Virus record (IMG/VR): IMGVR_UViG_3300028801_000007
Location: 37,251 to 101,250 of that record
Length of the DNA: 64,000 bases
Direction: 5' to 3' (one strand)
DNA from: a virus
The notes under the pieces: model-generated
The model's input: the letters and a program-made list of their open reading frames with translations, nothing else
Told to the model about the DNA's origin: nothing
Databases searched by the model: none
Translations under genes and position numbers: made by a program
In this document: one piece after another, positions 9,313 through 18,618 of the stretch
Numbering within the stretch: position 1 is the first letter of the stretch
Layout of the letters: the number at the start of each line of letters is the position of its first letter

Positions 9313-10142
9313 GCTGCGTCCTGATGTTCACGTTGCACCTGAATTCCTCGGGTGGTGAGGGAAAAGCCATCGTCTTTTTCAAACCAAAGGCGATACCAGT
9401 TTTCGCGGACAGCATTGCGAAAGTGAGCGCGCCAGTCTTTTTGCTTCTTTCCGCCCTCGATGCTTTTTCGCCTGAACTCAAGCCATGCATACCGAACAAA
9501 ACTCATCGGAAGTTTTTGCTTTTCGGCATAGTCGAAGATCGGATCGTCTTCACGAACCAAGTCCTCGCCAGCCGCTTTGCAGGAAGCAACCCAGTCGACA
9601 AATAAAGCCTCGGTCCGAGCGACGCGAACTTTCTTTTGAGTTTCTTTTGAAAGGTTTTCTTTTGTGTGTCCTAAGTTGGGACTACCGACCTGTCCTAAGT
9701 TGGGACTATCTTTGTCCTGATCTGGGACTAGTCCCGATTTAGGACTACTCAACTCCTTGGGTAAAACGACAGGGTCAACACTATCCTTGGTAGTACCGAT
9801 TCGGGACAGGGTGTCCTTTTTTGGGACTACCTTTGCCCAGCTTTTATGGTTTTTGTTGATACCGAGTGTGAGTCCGAATATCCCTGGCGCACGGGTGAGC
9901 ACATTCAATGCAACAAGCTGCCCAATCACCTCGGTAACGTGATTGCGACCCGTGTTGCAGATCTGCCCTATTTGTGCCGCTGACATGTCGTCCTCTTTTT
10001 TTCCATACCCGTACGTCTTGCGAAGCACGGTCAACAAAACCAAAATCTGTCGTTGCGTGAATCCATAACCCAAAACCGCCTCGAAAAGCTCGTTAGCGAT
10101 CCGGGTATATCCGTCTTCGAGTTGCGGGGAAGCATCTTGCAC
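9309..10142 (-). CDS. Lambda O-like replication initiator
   Basis: LEDGYTRIANEL.EA...R.TYGY.KKED N-terminus; internal iterons; KDWRAHFRNAVRENW C-terminus. Confidence 0.85.
   Translation of the reverse strand: MQDASPQLEDGYTRIANELFEAVLGYGFTQRQILVLLTVLRKTYGYGKKEDDMSAAQIGQICNTGRNHVTEVIGQLVALNVLTRAPGIFGLTLGINKNHKSWAKVVPKKDTLSRIGTTKDSVDPVVLPKELSSPKSGLVPDQDKDSPNLGQVGSPNLGHTKENLSKETQKKVRVARTEALFVDWVASCKAAGEDLVREDDPIFDYAEKQKLPMSFVRYAWLEFRRKSIEGGKKQKDWRAHFRNAVRENWYRLWFEKDDGFSLTTRGIQVQREHQDAA
9667..9829. repeat. Replication origin iterons (six 18-bp copies, TGTCCY-N5-GGGACTA-like)
   Basis: Copies at 9667 and 9691 (identical TGTCCTAAGTTGGGACTA), 9713 and 9812, with inverted copies at 9730 and 9791; T-rich tract at about 9629-9666 beside them. 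Confidence 0.85.
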
Positions 10143-10313
10143 GGCGCGCCTTGGCTCATTTGCTCTTGATCATACGAATCAGCGCTTGGCAAAGAAGATG
10201 CGCTTGCTGCCGTTTAGCTTTTTTGTCGCGGAGCCGCCCGATGTTCTCGGCCATGCGATCAAGATTGGCGTCTTCAAGAGAGCGCTGTTTAAAAAGGTCT
10301 GGCGTACGATCGT

Positions 10314-11750
10314 TCATGCGATCTCCAATGCAAGGCCGGGCTGGCGCAATCTGTCGCGCTGCAGCGGCTCGTAAGCAGAATTCAGCTCGCAACCAATCCA
10401 GTGGCGCCCGAGCCGTTGCGCAACTGATCCGGTAGTGCCGCTGCCAAAGAAGGGGTCAAATACGATGTCGCCGGGCCGACTGCCGGCCATTACGCACGGC
10501 TCGACCAGGGTTTCTGGGAATGTGGCGAAGTGCGCCGCAGCGTATGCTTGAGTAGGTATCGTCCAGACACTGCGCTTATTGCGTGTCAGCACGTCCCAAT
10601 CGCTTTCCACTCGGTCGGGCCGATGTGTGCCGACAGATTGGCCGGGAATAGCGGAAGCTCGCTTGCTATTATCGCGCTTGAAACTATCGCGCTTGCTGCG
10701 GCCGCGCTGTTGGATCCGCTCGGGGCTATCAAATCCATGCCCAAAGCCGACGCCCGATGGTGTCGCGCCGAATGATGCTGGCTCTCTAATAGCCTCAAAA
10801 TTGGAGAAGTACTGTTCCCGCTTGCTCAGGAAGAACAAGTACTCGTGCGACTTCGTGCAGCGGTCCTTGATGGACTCCGGCATCGGGTTTTTTTTCGCCC
10901 ATACGATGTCTTGCCGCAGGTAGAAACCGGGCTCAAAAAGAGTGGGCGGCGCAGGGTAGTCCACATCTGTCGCAATGCCGTTGTGCAAGTCCATCATGGC
11001 TTGATGCGCAGTCGCCCCAGCCTCTCCGCTTGACGGGCAGTTATAGATGAGCCGAGCTTGCTGGCGCTTCCCAACCAGATGCGGATAGACCTCGCGAGCC
11101 AGAATCTTCACCTCGTTCGGGGCGAGCCTCCACCGATAAATGGTCTGCTTGCGCCGATTGTTTTGCGCGGGGCTTTGTGTGGTCATGGTGCCGAACCCTG
11201 CAATCTCCTGAACGCGATCGATGATCGCTTTCTGTGTGTTGCATATCTCCAACCCAACCCCGTAGGTGTCAACCTTGCGAACATAGTTCGCTTCCGTGCC
11301 ATCGGCGCGGGTGAACCGAGAATGTGCGCTGGATCCAGCCTTTCGCTTGTGAATGAAAAAGCAGCCTTCCCCGTCGATCATCGCGCCCAACCACGCGCGG
11401 TCGGCTTCCCTCTTGATCTTGCCGGCGTAGTAGGGCTCCTGCAGGGCAATCGCGAGCCGGTGAGGCTGAACCGCCAACTGCTTGTTTTCCAAATACGAAT
11501 CGCCCATGTTGACCCACATCGTTCCGTCGTCGGCGAGCACTTCGCGACAGAGCCTGAAAACCTCGACCATGCCGGCGATGAACTCGCGCAACGTCGGCTC
11601 CATGCCGATCTGCCCGTCAACGCCGTAATCCCGAAGGCCCCAATACGGCGGCGACGTAACGATCGTTTGCACCTTCACGCCATCAGCGATCATGCGGCGC
11701 ATCGTGTCGCGGCAATCGCCGAAGTGACATTTGTCGAGCCAATCGCTCAT
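10314..11750 (-). CDS. Beta-class N4/N6 DNA methyltransferase with in-frame LAGLIDADG endonuclease insertion
   Basis: TSPPY catalytic motif, DIVWAKKNPMPES..DRCTKSHEY, HFATFP, DPFFGSGTTG; insert contains AWLGAMIDGEGCF. Confidence 0.9.
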   Translation of the reverse strand: MSDWLDKCHFGDCRDTMRRMIADGVKVQTIVTSPPYWGLRDYGVDGQIGMEPTLREFIAGMVEVFRLCREVLADDGTMWVNMGDSYLENKQLAVQPHRLAIALQEPYYAGKIKREADRAWLGAMIDGEGCFFIHKRKAGSSAHSRFTRADGTEANYVRKVDTYGVGLEICNTQKAIIDRVQEIAGFGTMTTQSPAQNNRRKQTIYRWRLAPNEVKILAREVYPHLVGKRQQARLIYNCPSSGEAGATAHQAMMDLHNGIATDVDYPAPPTLFEPGFYLRQDIVWAKKNPMPESIKDRCTKSHEYLFFLSKREQYFSNFEAIREPASFGATPSGVGFGHGFDSPERIQQRGRSKRDSFKRDNSKRASAIPGQSVGTHRPDRVESDWDVLTRNKRSVWTIPTQAYAAAHFATFPETLVEPCVMAGSRPGDIVFDPFFGSGTTGSVAQRLGRHWIGCELNSAYEPLQRDRLRQPGLALEIA

Positions 11751-11910
11751 GAATCCATCCCTTTCGACGCAACAATAAGTAACGCGCTCATCAGCGTTTT
11801 ATCAACAGCCGCGGCGAGCGCGACCTCTTGCCGAACGTCATCCGGCGACCGACCCGGCTTGGCCGCGCGCGCGAAAGCTTCAGCGCAAATGCGCTTGGCC
11901 TCGGCATAGT

Positions 11911-12282
11911 TCATGCGCTTTTCCTGGCGTCGAGAACCTCTTCCATCAGCGTCAGTTCGACTTGGCGCACCAGAAATTGCGTGATCGCGCGGTTGCCGAG
12001 CTCGCCCTCGCTGACCGCGATTTTCTCGGCCGGAAGTGAGCGGCGCGCGCGACCGTCGGCGTGCGTATCGGTTGGGCTGAAATAGTCCGTGACGTGCGAG
12101 GCGTACAGCCCGCAGCGCTCGGCAAAGGTCGCTTTCGTCATGGCCTTGATGCGGCGATGGCGCCACGCAAGGCGCACCGCATCACGGAACGTCACGCATT
12201 CCTTGATCTGTGCGTCCGGCAGGAAGGCCGGGGAGCGCATCATTCCGCCCATCATGTGAAGCTCGTCGTTACTGGGGCTCAT
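11911..12282 (-). CDS. CII-like / XRE-like regulator
   Basis: Position between cro and O; MTKATFAERCGLYASHVTDYF HTH-like segment. Confidence 0.55.
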   Translation of the reverse strand: MSPSNDELHMMGGMMRSPAFLPDAQIKECVTFRDAVRLAWRHRRIKAMTKATFAERCGLYASHVTDYFSPTDTHADGRARRSLPAEKIAVSEGELGNRAITQFLVRQVELTLMEEVLDARKSA

Positions 12283-12380
12283 ATAAAAATCCAATCGAAT
12301 TACCTGTTGAATTACCTGTTGGGCTAGGAGCCAAATAAAGGGGCCGAATAACCAGCCCCTCAGAAAACTTAATGCCCTAC

Positions 12381-12662
12381 TTACCCCACCAACCGCCAAA
12401 CAGCATCAGCCGGAAACATCGAGGCAACCAGGGCAAACAAAACGACCAGCTCGGCGAACGTTTCCAGATCCACTGCATAGAAGAGCGCGCTCCAGAAGAT
12501 GGCCCCGAGCACCGCGACGAAGCCAGCGATCAGCGCCCAGTCCGCGAGTGGCTTCGCTGGGCGAGCCTCGCCGACCTCTCGCGCTACGTCGGGGACCAAA
12601 GCGCCGAATCCACCGATGGATTGGCGGGTAACGTCCTTGCTCATGTCCTTTACTTGAATCAT
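12381..12662 (-). CDS. small membrane protein
   Basis: Two hydrophobic segments. Confidence 0.45.
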   Translation of the reverse strand: MIQVKDMSKDVTRQSIGGFGALVPDVAREVGEARPAKPLADWALIAGFVAVLGAIFWSALFYAVDLETFAELVVLFALVASMFPADAVWRLVG

Positions 12663-12719
12663 CGTGGCGGTCCTCGTGTCAGCTTTTAAGCAAAACCGGT
12701 GGGAATTATGAAATTAGTA

Positions 12720-13058
12720 CTACTTAGGGGTGTCTTCGTCGATTTCGCCAGCGGTGGGCGGCTGTGCGTCATCCGAGGCGATCGCGCTATCTACAGCGTC
12801 CTTCCCTTTGATTTCACGATCCTTGTTTGGCTCGTAAAAGAAAGCTATCAAGTCAGCTTTGCTAAACTGCGCGCCGAACTGAAGGCAGGCCTGGTGCAAC
12901 CACTCCATTCTCGTCGGGCTAGGAATTTTTCTGGCGTAGACCAGATGCGTTTCGATATACCGAACAGTAGTTTTGGCCGCCTCGGCAAAGGGTTTCTTGG
13001 CGGAGGCGTCTAGTGAGCGGTAAAAGCTCTTGAAATTGGCGGGTTCGGTCGGTCTCAT
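12720..13058 (-). CDS. cro: Cro-like repressor
   Basis: Divergent from cI; KPFAEAAKTTVRYIETHL...RKIPS HTH. Confidence 0.7.
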   Translation of the reverse strand: MRPTEPANFKSFYRSLDASAKKPFAEAAKTTVRYIETHLVYARKIPSPTRMEWLHQACLQFGAQFSKADLIAFFYEPNKDREIKGKDAVDSAIASDDAQPPTAGEIDEDTPK

Positions 13059-13064
13059 GACCAA

Positions 13065-13150
13065 AATATATATTACCCGTACGGTAGTTGCAAGCGGATT
13101 TTACTACCCTGCTGGGCAATTTACCTATTGGGTAACAAATGGCCTAATAT
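13065..13150. promoter_or_regulatory. OR region: divergent PR/PRM promoters with three operators
   Basis: ATTACC-CGTAC-GGTAGT (13072-13088), ACTACC-CTGCTG-GGCAAT (13103-13120), TTTACC-TATTG-GGTAAC (13120-13136); minus-strand TTGCAA-17-TATATT; plus-strand TAATAT at 13145. Confidence 0.75.
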
Positions 13151-13154
13151 CGAC

Positions 13155-13919
13155 ATGAAATCAAATGAAGAGGTGCGCCGCGAAAACCTGCAAAAGGTGA
13201 TCCGAGAGCGCTACGAAAACAGCCAAACTGCCGCGTCTGACAAGCTCGGGTACGACCGGCCGACCCTTGTGAATCACTGGATAGCTGGGCGCAAGGCGAT
13301 CAGCACGGCGTCAGCAAGGAAAATCGAGAAAGCTTTTGGGCTGCCTGACTTCTGGATGGACTCTGACCATAGTTCAGGGAAATTCGATCCGCCAAACATA
13401 GGGCGTAACCACGGCATAATTAAAGAAGCGCTTAATTCGCCCGGGGATACGCTAGATAAACACGAACGAAAAAAGTTCGACAAAAACGTAGACCCGGCGC
13501 CGCTGGGTAAACGCGAAGTACCGGTCATAAGCTATATACAGGCGGGGATGATGACCGAAGTTGTTGACCCTTACGCCTTGGGCGACGGGTTCGAAAAAAT
13601 CATGACGGACGCGGACGTTTCGGAGGGAGCATTCGCGCTCGTTATCAAGGGGCTATCGATGGAACCAGAGTTCCGCGAGGGCGATAAGGTCATTATTGAC
13701 CCTGCGGTGGCGCCCCTACCCGGCGACTTCGTGGCGGCCAAGAACGGCCATGAAGAGGCCACTTTTAAGAAATACCGCCCGCGCGGATCCAATGAGCACG
13801 GAGACCAGGTATTCGAGCTGGTGCCGTTAAACGAGGACTTCGCCACCCTGCAGAGTGAGCGTGACAAAATGCATATCATCGGCACAATGGTCGAGCATCG
13901 GAAGTATCGGAGGCGTTGA
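13155..13919 (+). CDS. cI: CI-like repressor with HTH and S24 autoprotease domain
   Basis: N-terminal HTH; VPVISYIQAG cleavage site, GLSMEPEF (Ser) and ATFKKY (Lys). Confidence 0.92.
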   Translation: MKSNEEVRRENLQKVIRERYENSQTAASDKLGYDRPTLVNHWIAGRKAISTASARKIEKAFGLPDFWMDSDHSSGKFDPPNIGRNHGIIKEALNSPGDTLDKHERKKFDKNVDPAPLGKREVPVISYIQAGMMTEVVDPYALGDGFEKIMTDADVSEGAFALVIKGLSMEPEFREGDKVIIDPAVAPLPGDFVAAKNGHEEATFKKYRPRGSNEHGDQVFELVPLNEDFATLQSERDKMHIIGTMVEHRKYRRR

Positions 13920-14043
13920 GGCTGCGCAACCAACTAAGCCAGTTGTGTCTCGCCAGGAAGTGGTGTAGGAACACGTCACATCACTATAAAAAGTTGTGTA
14001 TCATGGTGAATATACGCAACACCTACACTAACCGGAGAGCCAT

Positions 14044-14217
14044 ATGAACACCAAAAACGCGAAGAGGACTTTCGTCGGTGATTCTGCTCGTCCGATGATC
14101 ACCCCCAAAAACATCGTGCGCGTCGCAAGCGAGTCCGATCGCCGCATGGTCGTCACTGCGGCCCGCGCCGTCATCAAAGAGCATCACGACGTAATCAAGG
14201 CACTCGCGAAGCGCTAG
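14044..14217 (+). CDS. Putative 57-aa antitoxin (below the ORF-track cut-off)
   Basis: GGAG RBS; MNTKNAKR...AARAVIKEHHDVIKALAKR; stop is 3 bp before doc. Confidence 0.7.
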   Translation: MNTKNAKRTFVGDSARPMITPKNIVRVASESDRRMVVTAARAVIKEHHDVIKALAKR

Positions 14218-14220
14218 CGC

Positions 14221-14592
14221 ATGTTAGACGCGGATTTTGTCCTGCAAATCCACGACGAAATATTGCGCGACGAACCAGGGCTCAAAGGTTTCGCTGGGCC
14301 GGGATTTGCTGGTCTAGAGAGTGCTTTGCTGCGTGTGGATAACTGGGCCACCTATGCCGACCTCACAGACGTCTTCGGGGTCGCATCAATATACGCGGTC
14401 GCCATATCGCGAGGGCACATTTTCAATGACGCCAACAAGCGCACCGGCCTCGTAGCCGCCCTCACCTACCTCAAGCTCCAGGACATCAATGTTGAGCGAA
14501 ACGAGGGCCTTGAGGATTTAATGGTTGAGGTCGCAGAAGGCGCGCTAGACGTTCAGACGTTCGCGAATATCCTTGCGGAGATAGCTTTGTAG
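14221..14592 (+). CDS. doc: Death-on-curing (Fic/Doc) toxin
   Basis: Doc motif HIFNDANKRTG; 123 aa. Confidence 0.9.
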   Translation: MLDADFVLQIHDEILRDEPGLKGFAGPGFAGLESALLRVDNWATYADLTDVFGVASIYAVAISRGHIFNDANKRTGLVAALTYLKLQDINVERNEGLEDLMVEVAEGALDVQTFANILAEIAL

Positions 14593-14628
14593 GCCGGTAA
14601 CTACGGCGAGAGCCAACCCGCAACACCT

Positions 14629-14693
14629 AGCCCGCCCCGAGCGGGCTTTTTTACGCCAATTCCAGCAGACCCGCCGACCGCGGGTATTTTTTT
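14629..14693 (+). terminator. Tandem intrinsic terminators after cI and the TA pair
   Basis: AGCCCGC-CCCGA-GCGGGCT-TTTTT and ACCCGC-CGACC-GCGGGT-ATTTTTTT. Confidence 0.8.
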
Positions 14694-14703
14694 ATCTATC
14701 GCT

Positions 14704-14779
14704 ACTACCCTGGCAGTAGAAATAATTCATCGACTTTATTACCCTAAGGGGCTATCGGAATTGCTACCCGTGGGGTAAT
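14704..14779. promoter_or_regulatory. OL operators (three 17-bp sites)
   Basis: ACTACC-CTGGC-AGTAGA (14704), ATTACC-CTAAG-GGGCTA (14738), GCTACC-CGTGG-GGTAAT (14763); same consensus as OR. Confidence 0.75.
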
Positions 14780-14827
14780 ATTATTTCCATCAGCAGCACA
14801 CATCGCTGCATCCAGATGGAGTGAAGA

Positions 14828-15022
14828 ATGCAAGCCACTGTCACCAACAACATCGAAGAAGCCGCTAAAGCATTTGCCGCCGGCCGCATCGTGCTCGGCG
14901 CATTCGAGGGAAGCAAGTTGGTTGACTTCGTGAAGTTCGACAAAGAGTCGGACATGCGTGCCATGAAGTCGCATCTGGAAACGAATTACCCGGGTTGCGT
15001 GATTCGGCGCAAGACTGCCTGA
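14828..15022 (+). CDS. first PL gene, hypothetical
   Basis: GGAG RBS, 64 aa. Confidence 0.55.
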   Translation: MQATVTNNIEEAAKAFAAGRIVLGAFEGSKLVDFVKFDKESDMRAMKSHLETNYPGCVIRRKTA

Positions 15023-15155
15023 GTCCGCCATGACCCTTATCGACCAAATAGACGGAATCCTCGCAGCACTCGTTTTTGCTTTGATGCTGGTCGAGATGGT
15101 GCGTGGGTTGAAGTTTTGATAATTGCGGCATGGTGCCGCTAACTAGGGGATAGGA

Positions 15156-15500
15156 ATGACCATAAGACCCATCACGGACACCCTGCGCCATATCGGCGGT
15201 GGCGTGTTCATCGATACAGCCAGCGACAAGATGAACGAGTTGGTTTCGGCTGTTGATGCCAGCGGCAAAGCCGGAAAGCTCACGCTTGAAGTGCTGGTCA
15301 AAAAAGCTACGCGCGGTGGCGCCATGCACATCACTGGCAAGGTCACGCTGAAAAAGCCGGCCGAAGAGCCCTTCGAAGTCATGTTGTTCGCCACGCCCGA
15401 AGGCAACCTGATCGCTGACGATCCGCGCCAATCCAAGCTCGATTTGAAGCGCGTCGAAGGCGCTTCCGATGCAGCGCCGTCCGCCCTGAAAACGGCATAA
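15156..15500 (+). CDS. YfdP-like protein
   Basis: ELVSAV...GKAGKLTL.....F.T.EGNL...DPRQ..L; sits directly upstream of the DUF2303 gene. Confidence 0.7.
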   Translation: MTIRPITDTLRHIGGGVFIDTASDKMNELVSAVDASGKAGKLTLEVLVKKATRGGAMHITGKVTLKKPAEEPFEVMLFATPEGNLIADDPRQSKLDLKRVEGASDAAPSALKTA

Positions 15501-15529
15501 CTTTTTACAGACACTAGGACTGACCACCC

Positions 15530-16378
15530 ATGGACCACGAACAAGAAAACTTAGCTCAAACGCTCGCCCAAGAAATGAAGGCGCCGACAGAGCTAGTCAG
15601 CAATCAGACGCAGCGGCGCGTTGCGCTGCCGCCGAACTGGTTGATCAAAGAGTTTGACGACGCCGCATTGCAGCCTGCGCCGTTGCGCAAAAAGGCCGTC
15701 GTCTCCCTGCGCGACAGCGACAGCTTTATCAGCTACGTGAAGCGCCACGGCTCGCTGACTGACAGCACGGTTTGGTGTACCGCCGACTACACGAACGGCA
15801 AGGTCGACTTCACCGCGATCATCAACGATAACGGCGAAGACCCGGAAAAAGCAGCGTGGCGCGATCACAAAGCATTTTTCTCGCCCGAGTTCAGTGAAGA
15901 GTGGCGCCGCTGGATCGGCAAGAATAAGCATCCGTTCACGCAAGCCGAATTTGCCGCGTTCATTGAGGAAAACCTCAAAGATATCGCATCGCCCGATGAT
16001 AGCGGCTTCCCAGCCGGCTCCGCGATGCTGGAAATGGCAATGTCGTTCGAAGCCAACCAAGACATGCGCTTCAAGAGCACGATCCGCCTGCAGAACGGCG
16101 GCTTGAATCTCCAATTCGTGCAAGACGATGACGCTCAGACGCTGCAGAAAATGCAGGTGTTCGAGCGGTTCGCGATCGGCATACCGGTTTTTTGGGGCGG
16201 CGATGCGTACCAGATCGATGCACGCCTGCGTTATCGCGTTCGAGACGGCAAGCTCGCGTTCTGGTTTGAGCTTATCCGCCAGGACAAAGTGCTCGAAGCG
16301 GCCGCCATTACCGTAATCGACCTGATTAAGGAAAAGACCGGCAACCCGTTCTTTTTCGGCAAGCCGTTTTTCGGCTAA
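15530..16378 (+). CDS. DUF2303/YfdQ-family protein
   Basis: SFISYVKRH, WRDHKA, QAEFAAFIEEN..DI, IPVFWGG..Y.I.ARLRYR. Confidence 0.8.
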   Translation: MDHEQENLAQTLAQEMKAPTELVSNQTQRRVALPPNWLIKEFDDAALQPAPLRKKAVVSLRDSDSFISYVKRHGSLTDSTVWCTADYTNGKVDFTAIINDNGEDPEKAAWRDHKAFFSPEFSEEWRRWIGKNKHPFTQAEFAAFIEENLKDIASPDDSGFPAGSAMLEMAMSFEANQDMRFKSTIRLQNGGLNLQFVQDDDAQTLQKMQVFERFAIGIPVFWGGDAYQIDARLRYRVRDGKLAFWFELIRQDKVLEAAAITVIDLIKEKTGNPFFFGKPFFG

Positions 16379-16476
16379 GACGTAGACAAGGCAATCGCAG
16401 TACTCAGCGACTTCAACGAGGTTGCTGACTAAAGCGATTTAGTAGTACCCGCACCCGCCAGAGGCGGAATTGCGAA

Positions 16477-16489
16477 CGGTCTTTAACAA
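16477..16489 (+). promoter_or_regulatory. boxA-like antitermination element
   Basis: CGGTCTTTAACAA versus consensus CGCTCTTTAACA, followed by several hairpins. Confidence 0.6.
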
Positions 16490-16901
16490 TCGATTATGCA
16501 GCGGCCTCCCGAGAGGGACTCGCCCTGCCGGCCTTATCAGGTCGTTAGTTGGGAGATGCACCTCACGCTAGGCCGAATTTTGGCTACTGAGCAGATGCAT
16601 CGCCGCCCAACGAAGAGCGCAGCGGACCCGGAGCCGATTCAATTCGGGTGTCGCCAGGACGCTGCGCTGATTCACCAGATTCCATTCTATTTGAGTGGGA
16701 TGCGGTTAGTCATCCTAATAACGGGAGCCTGAAATGCGCACCATTCTGATTCTGCTATCGCATGCGTACATGGAATACGTCACATGGCCGCATCAAGTTT
16801 GGAGCGAGCGGCTCGGGCGATATGAGCAGCCTTCGATTTACCGAAGAAGTGTTTCGTACGAACAAATCGTGTGGTGTTGAATTTCCAGTAGCTGCATAAG
16901 G

Positions 16902-17567
16902 ATGAACTTAATCGAGATCGAAATGAGAGTGCGAGTCAAGGATCTAGCGGGGCAAAAATTCGGCCGCCTCTTGGTTGTCGGGTTTGATCGAATTGATGAA
17001 AAGCAGAACGCGCGTTGGTTATGCGAATGTGAATGCGGGAAGTCGGTGGTGATGCGCGGAGCGACTTTGACCGGCGGGAGATCGAGGTCGTGCGGGTGTC
17101 TGCAGCGAGAAGCTGCCTCGGCCATGAACACAACGCACGGCGCCACTGCCGGTGGAAGAAAGGTCAAAGAATACTCGGTGTGGGCATCAATGTTTGCTCG
17201 ATGCCGAAACCAAAGTGACCCGGCCTATAAGGATTATGGCGCCAGAGGAATAGATGTATGTGCCGAATGGGCTAGTTTCGAGCAGTTCATTGCAGACATG
17301 GGGCCGAGGCCTTCCGGCGATTATTCAATAGACCGAATCGACAATGATCTTGGTTACTGCAAAGCGAACTGCAGGTGGGCTACTAGGGCACAGCAGGCAA
17401 GAAACAACCGCAGAAATCGTTTCATAAATACGCCATGGGGCGTGATGGTTCTGACGGACGCCGCCGCTTTGGCTGGAATACATGTGGGGGCCGTGCGAAG
17501 CCGGTTGCGTCGTGGGTGGGCTGAGAGCGATTTGCTTAAACCTGTCGAAACCAAGCGCAGCACTTAA
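16902..17567 (+). CDS. HNH-type homing endonuclease
   Basis: DLAGQKFGRL..WLCECECG..SCGC; YGARGIDVC; SIDRIDNDLGYCKANCRWAT. Confidence 0.85.
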   Translation: MNLIEIEMRVRVKDLAGQKFGRLLVVGFDRIDEKQNARWLCECECGKSVVMRGATLTGGRSRSCGCLQREAASAMNTTHGATAGGRKVKEYSVWASMFARCRNQSDPAYKDYGARGIDVCAEWASFEQFIADMGPRPSGDYSIDRIDNDLGYCKANCRWATRAQQARNNRRNRFINTPWGVMVLTDAAALAGIHVGAVRSRLRRGWAESDLLKPVETKRST

Positions 17568-17711
17568 AGAAAACGACCGTCTGGTCTGGTGCTGATTTAA
17601 CAACCATAAGGAGTAGTCATGCAACAGATTCAACCGCCTCCGCTTGCCGACGGCGAAATCCTTCTCTTCTCCATCGCCGACCATCGCGGTGAACTATCGT
17701 AGGAGGATCAA

Positions 17712-18053
17712 ATGAACCTCGCCCAAACCGAATCAGCCGCTGACTACGCCAGCGAGGCAATTTTCGCTGCCGCCGAGCGCACGAATGCGTTGATTGAAGC
17801 TTATGACACAGAACATGACCGACTTGTCAGGGCTGAATTCTTTCGGCTGATGTCAGCGCCTACAGTCCAGGACTTGCAGATCGCGATGGAGTGCTGGGGC
17901 CTGACCGAGGCCATCGTGTTTCATGCAGGTTATACGAGCTTCGGTCACGACATCGGCACGCTTGTGATGCCGGTTGGTGAGATGTTCAAGATTTCGTTTC
18001 AAAAAATGGCTGACGCGAAAGCAACGGCAATTATGGATGCGAGGTTGACATGA
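17712..18053 (+). CDS. hypothetical early protein, paralog of 58114-58479
   Basis: MNLAQTES...IEAY..EH..L.R.E..RL..APT..D.Q.A.E. Confidence 0.7.
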   Translation: MNLAQTESAADYASEAIFAAAERTNALIEAYDTEHDRLVRAEFFRLMSAPTVQDLQIAMECWGLTEAIVFHAGYTSFGHDIGTLVMPVGEMFKISFQKMADAKATAIMDARLT

Positions 18054-18352
18054 AAAAATTTCCAGTCGGAACAATCGCCATCTTGCAGCGCGGCAAAACA
18101 GCGCAAGCGGCGTATAACGGCACGCAATGCAAGATCGTGATCGGCTATGGCGTACATAAAAAGATTCATCAAAGTACGGGCGAGGAATTTACGTGGCTCG
18201 GCTACGGCATTGAATCATGCGATGGGCGCATGTTTGCTGTCGAGCCGCATCATTTGCGCGAGCCGCTGCCGTCTAGATTTGATCGCCTGATCGATCAGAT
18301 TGTGCCTTGGGATGATCAGGTCCGGGCGATTGCGCATGGGGTGTCATTGTGA
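18050..18352 (+). CDS. hypothetical early protein
   Basis: ATGA-coupled ORF. Confidence 0.55.
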   Translation: MKKFPVGTIAILQRGKTAQAAYNGTQCKIVIGYGVHKKIHQSTGEEFTWLGYGIESCDGRMFAVEPHHLREPLPSRFDRLIDQIVPWDDQVRAIAHGVSL

Positions 18353-18618
18353 GCGATATTTTCGATGCCGCCTTGCTTCGTGAGCCAATCCCGTTGCATC
18401 CACTAGAGCAGCACATGACGGCAATAAAGCGGCGGGAGATTGAATCGCGTCGAGCAGCAGATGAAATCGAGCGGCTGCGCACGAGCAATGCTGATCTGAT
18501 CAGCGCCTGCCGGAAGGCCATTGTCGCGATCAAAGGTCGTGAGCATACGGGATTTTTGACTGAGGCAATTGCTCGCGCGTCAATATTGACGAATCAATTC
18601 AATGAGGTGAACGCATGA
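18349..18618 (+). CDS. hypothetical early protein
   Basis: Coupled ORF with RAADEIERLR motif common in phage early genes. Confidence 0.55.
   Translation: MSDIFDAALLREPIPLHPLEQHMTAIKRREIESRRAADEIERLRTSNADLISACRKAIVAIKGREHTGFLTEAIARASILTNQFNEVNA

Noticed and set aside
10929-11438. Canonical intein in the methyltransferase
   Set aside because: No block A Cys/Ser start; the only HN is internal and followed by Gly; too short for Hint plus endonuclease
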